Assembly (NCBI RefSeq): GCF_028641065.1
Contig: NC_073409.1
Location: 12,214,001-12,278,000, forward strand
From: Leucoraja erinacea
Taxonomy: Eukaryota
DNA: 64,000 bases
Reading direction: 5' to 3'
The translations under genes and the position numbers were made by a program. This document shows positions 63,588 through 64,000 of the stretch, piece by piece. The notes beneath the pieces are model-generated. The model was given only the letters and a program-made list of their open reading frames with translations. It was not told the origin of the DNA and did no database searches. Position 1 is the first letter of the stretch, and each line of letters begins with the position of its first letter.

Positions 63588-64000
63588 AGACATAGAAACA
63601 TAGAGAATAGGTGCAGGAGTAGGCCATTCGGCCCTTCAAGCCAGCACCGCCATTCAATATGATCATAGCTGTTCATCCAGAATCAGTACCCCGTTCCTGC
63701 TTTCCCCCCATATCTGTTGATTCCATTAGTCCTAAGAGCGATATCCAGCTTTCTCTTGAATACATCCAGTGAATTGGCCTCTGCCTTCTGTGGCAGAGAA
63801 TTTCACAGATTCACAACTCTCTGGGTGAAAAAGTTTATCCTCATCCCGGCCCAAAATGGCCTACATTATAACACTATATGTTTCTATAAGATATCCTCTC
63901 ATCCTTCTACATTCCAGTGACTATAAGCCCAGTCGATCCATTCTTACATCATATGGCAGTCCCGCCATCCCGGAATTAGCCAGGTGAACCTATGCTGCAT
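63588..64000 (-). mobile_element. CR1-like LINE 3' end (runs off the window)
   Basis: CATAGAAACATAG tail, GCAGGAGTAGGCCATTCGGCCC, and FTQRVVNL*NSLPQKAEA on the - strand. Confidence 0.85.

Overview
Eukaryotic vertebrate genomic DNA, most likely from a cartilaginous fish (skate/ray-like), inferred from HE1-type V-SINEs, CR1/HER1-like LINE tails and abundant Penelope-derived short repeats. The window holds a complete 11-exon MAP2K1 (MEK1) gene on + (CDS 20112..47747, 1182 nt, 393 aa) and a complete 10-exon RPL4 gene on - (CDS 62396..51463, 1080 nt, 359 aa, with a 5'TOP start). The first coding exon of a probable ZWILCH lies head-to-head with RPL4, and a CCAAT/E2F promoter near 2900-3090 may belong to TIPIN. 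RPL4 introns carry six box C/D snoRNAs: two SNORD16/U16 copies and four SNORD18/U18 copies. RPL4 intron 3 has U12 (minor spliceosome) signals. No SNAPC5 is visible between MAP2K1 and RPL4. Mobile DNA includes a full-length IR/DR Tc1 element, a decayed hAT transposase, a Harbinger-like MITE, LINE/SINE fragments, and many short, often fold-back, Penelope-derived inserts with ~10-15 bp target duplications and minimal hammerhead-ribozyme motifs. All calls come from reading the sequence by eye and from recalled family knowledge; no searches were run.
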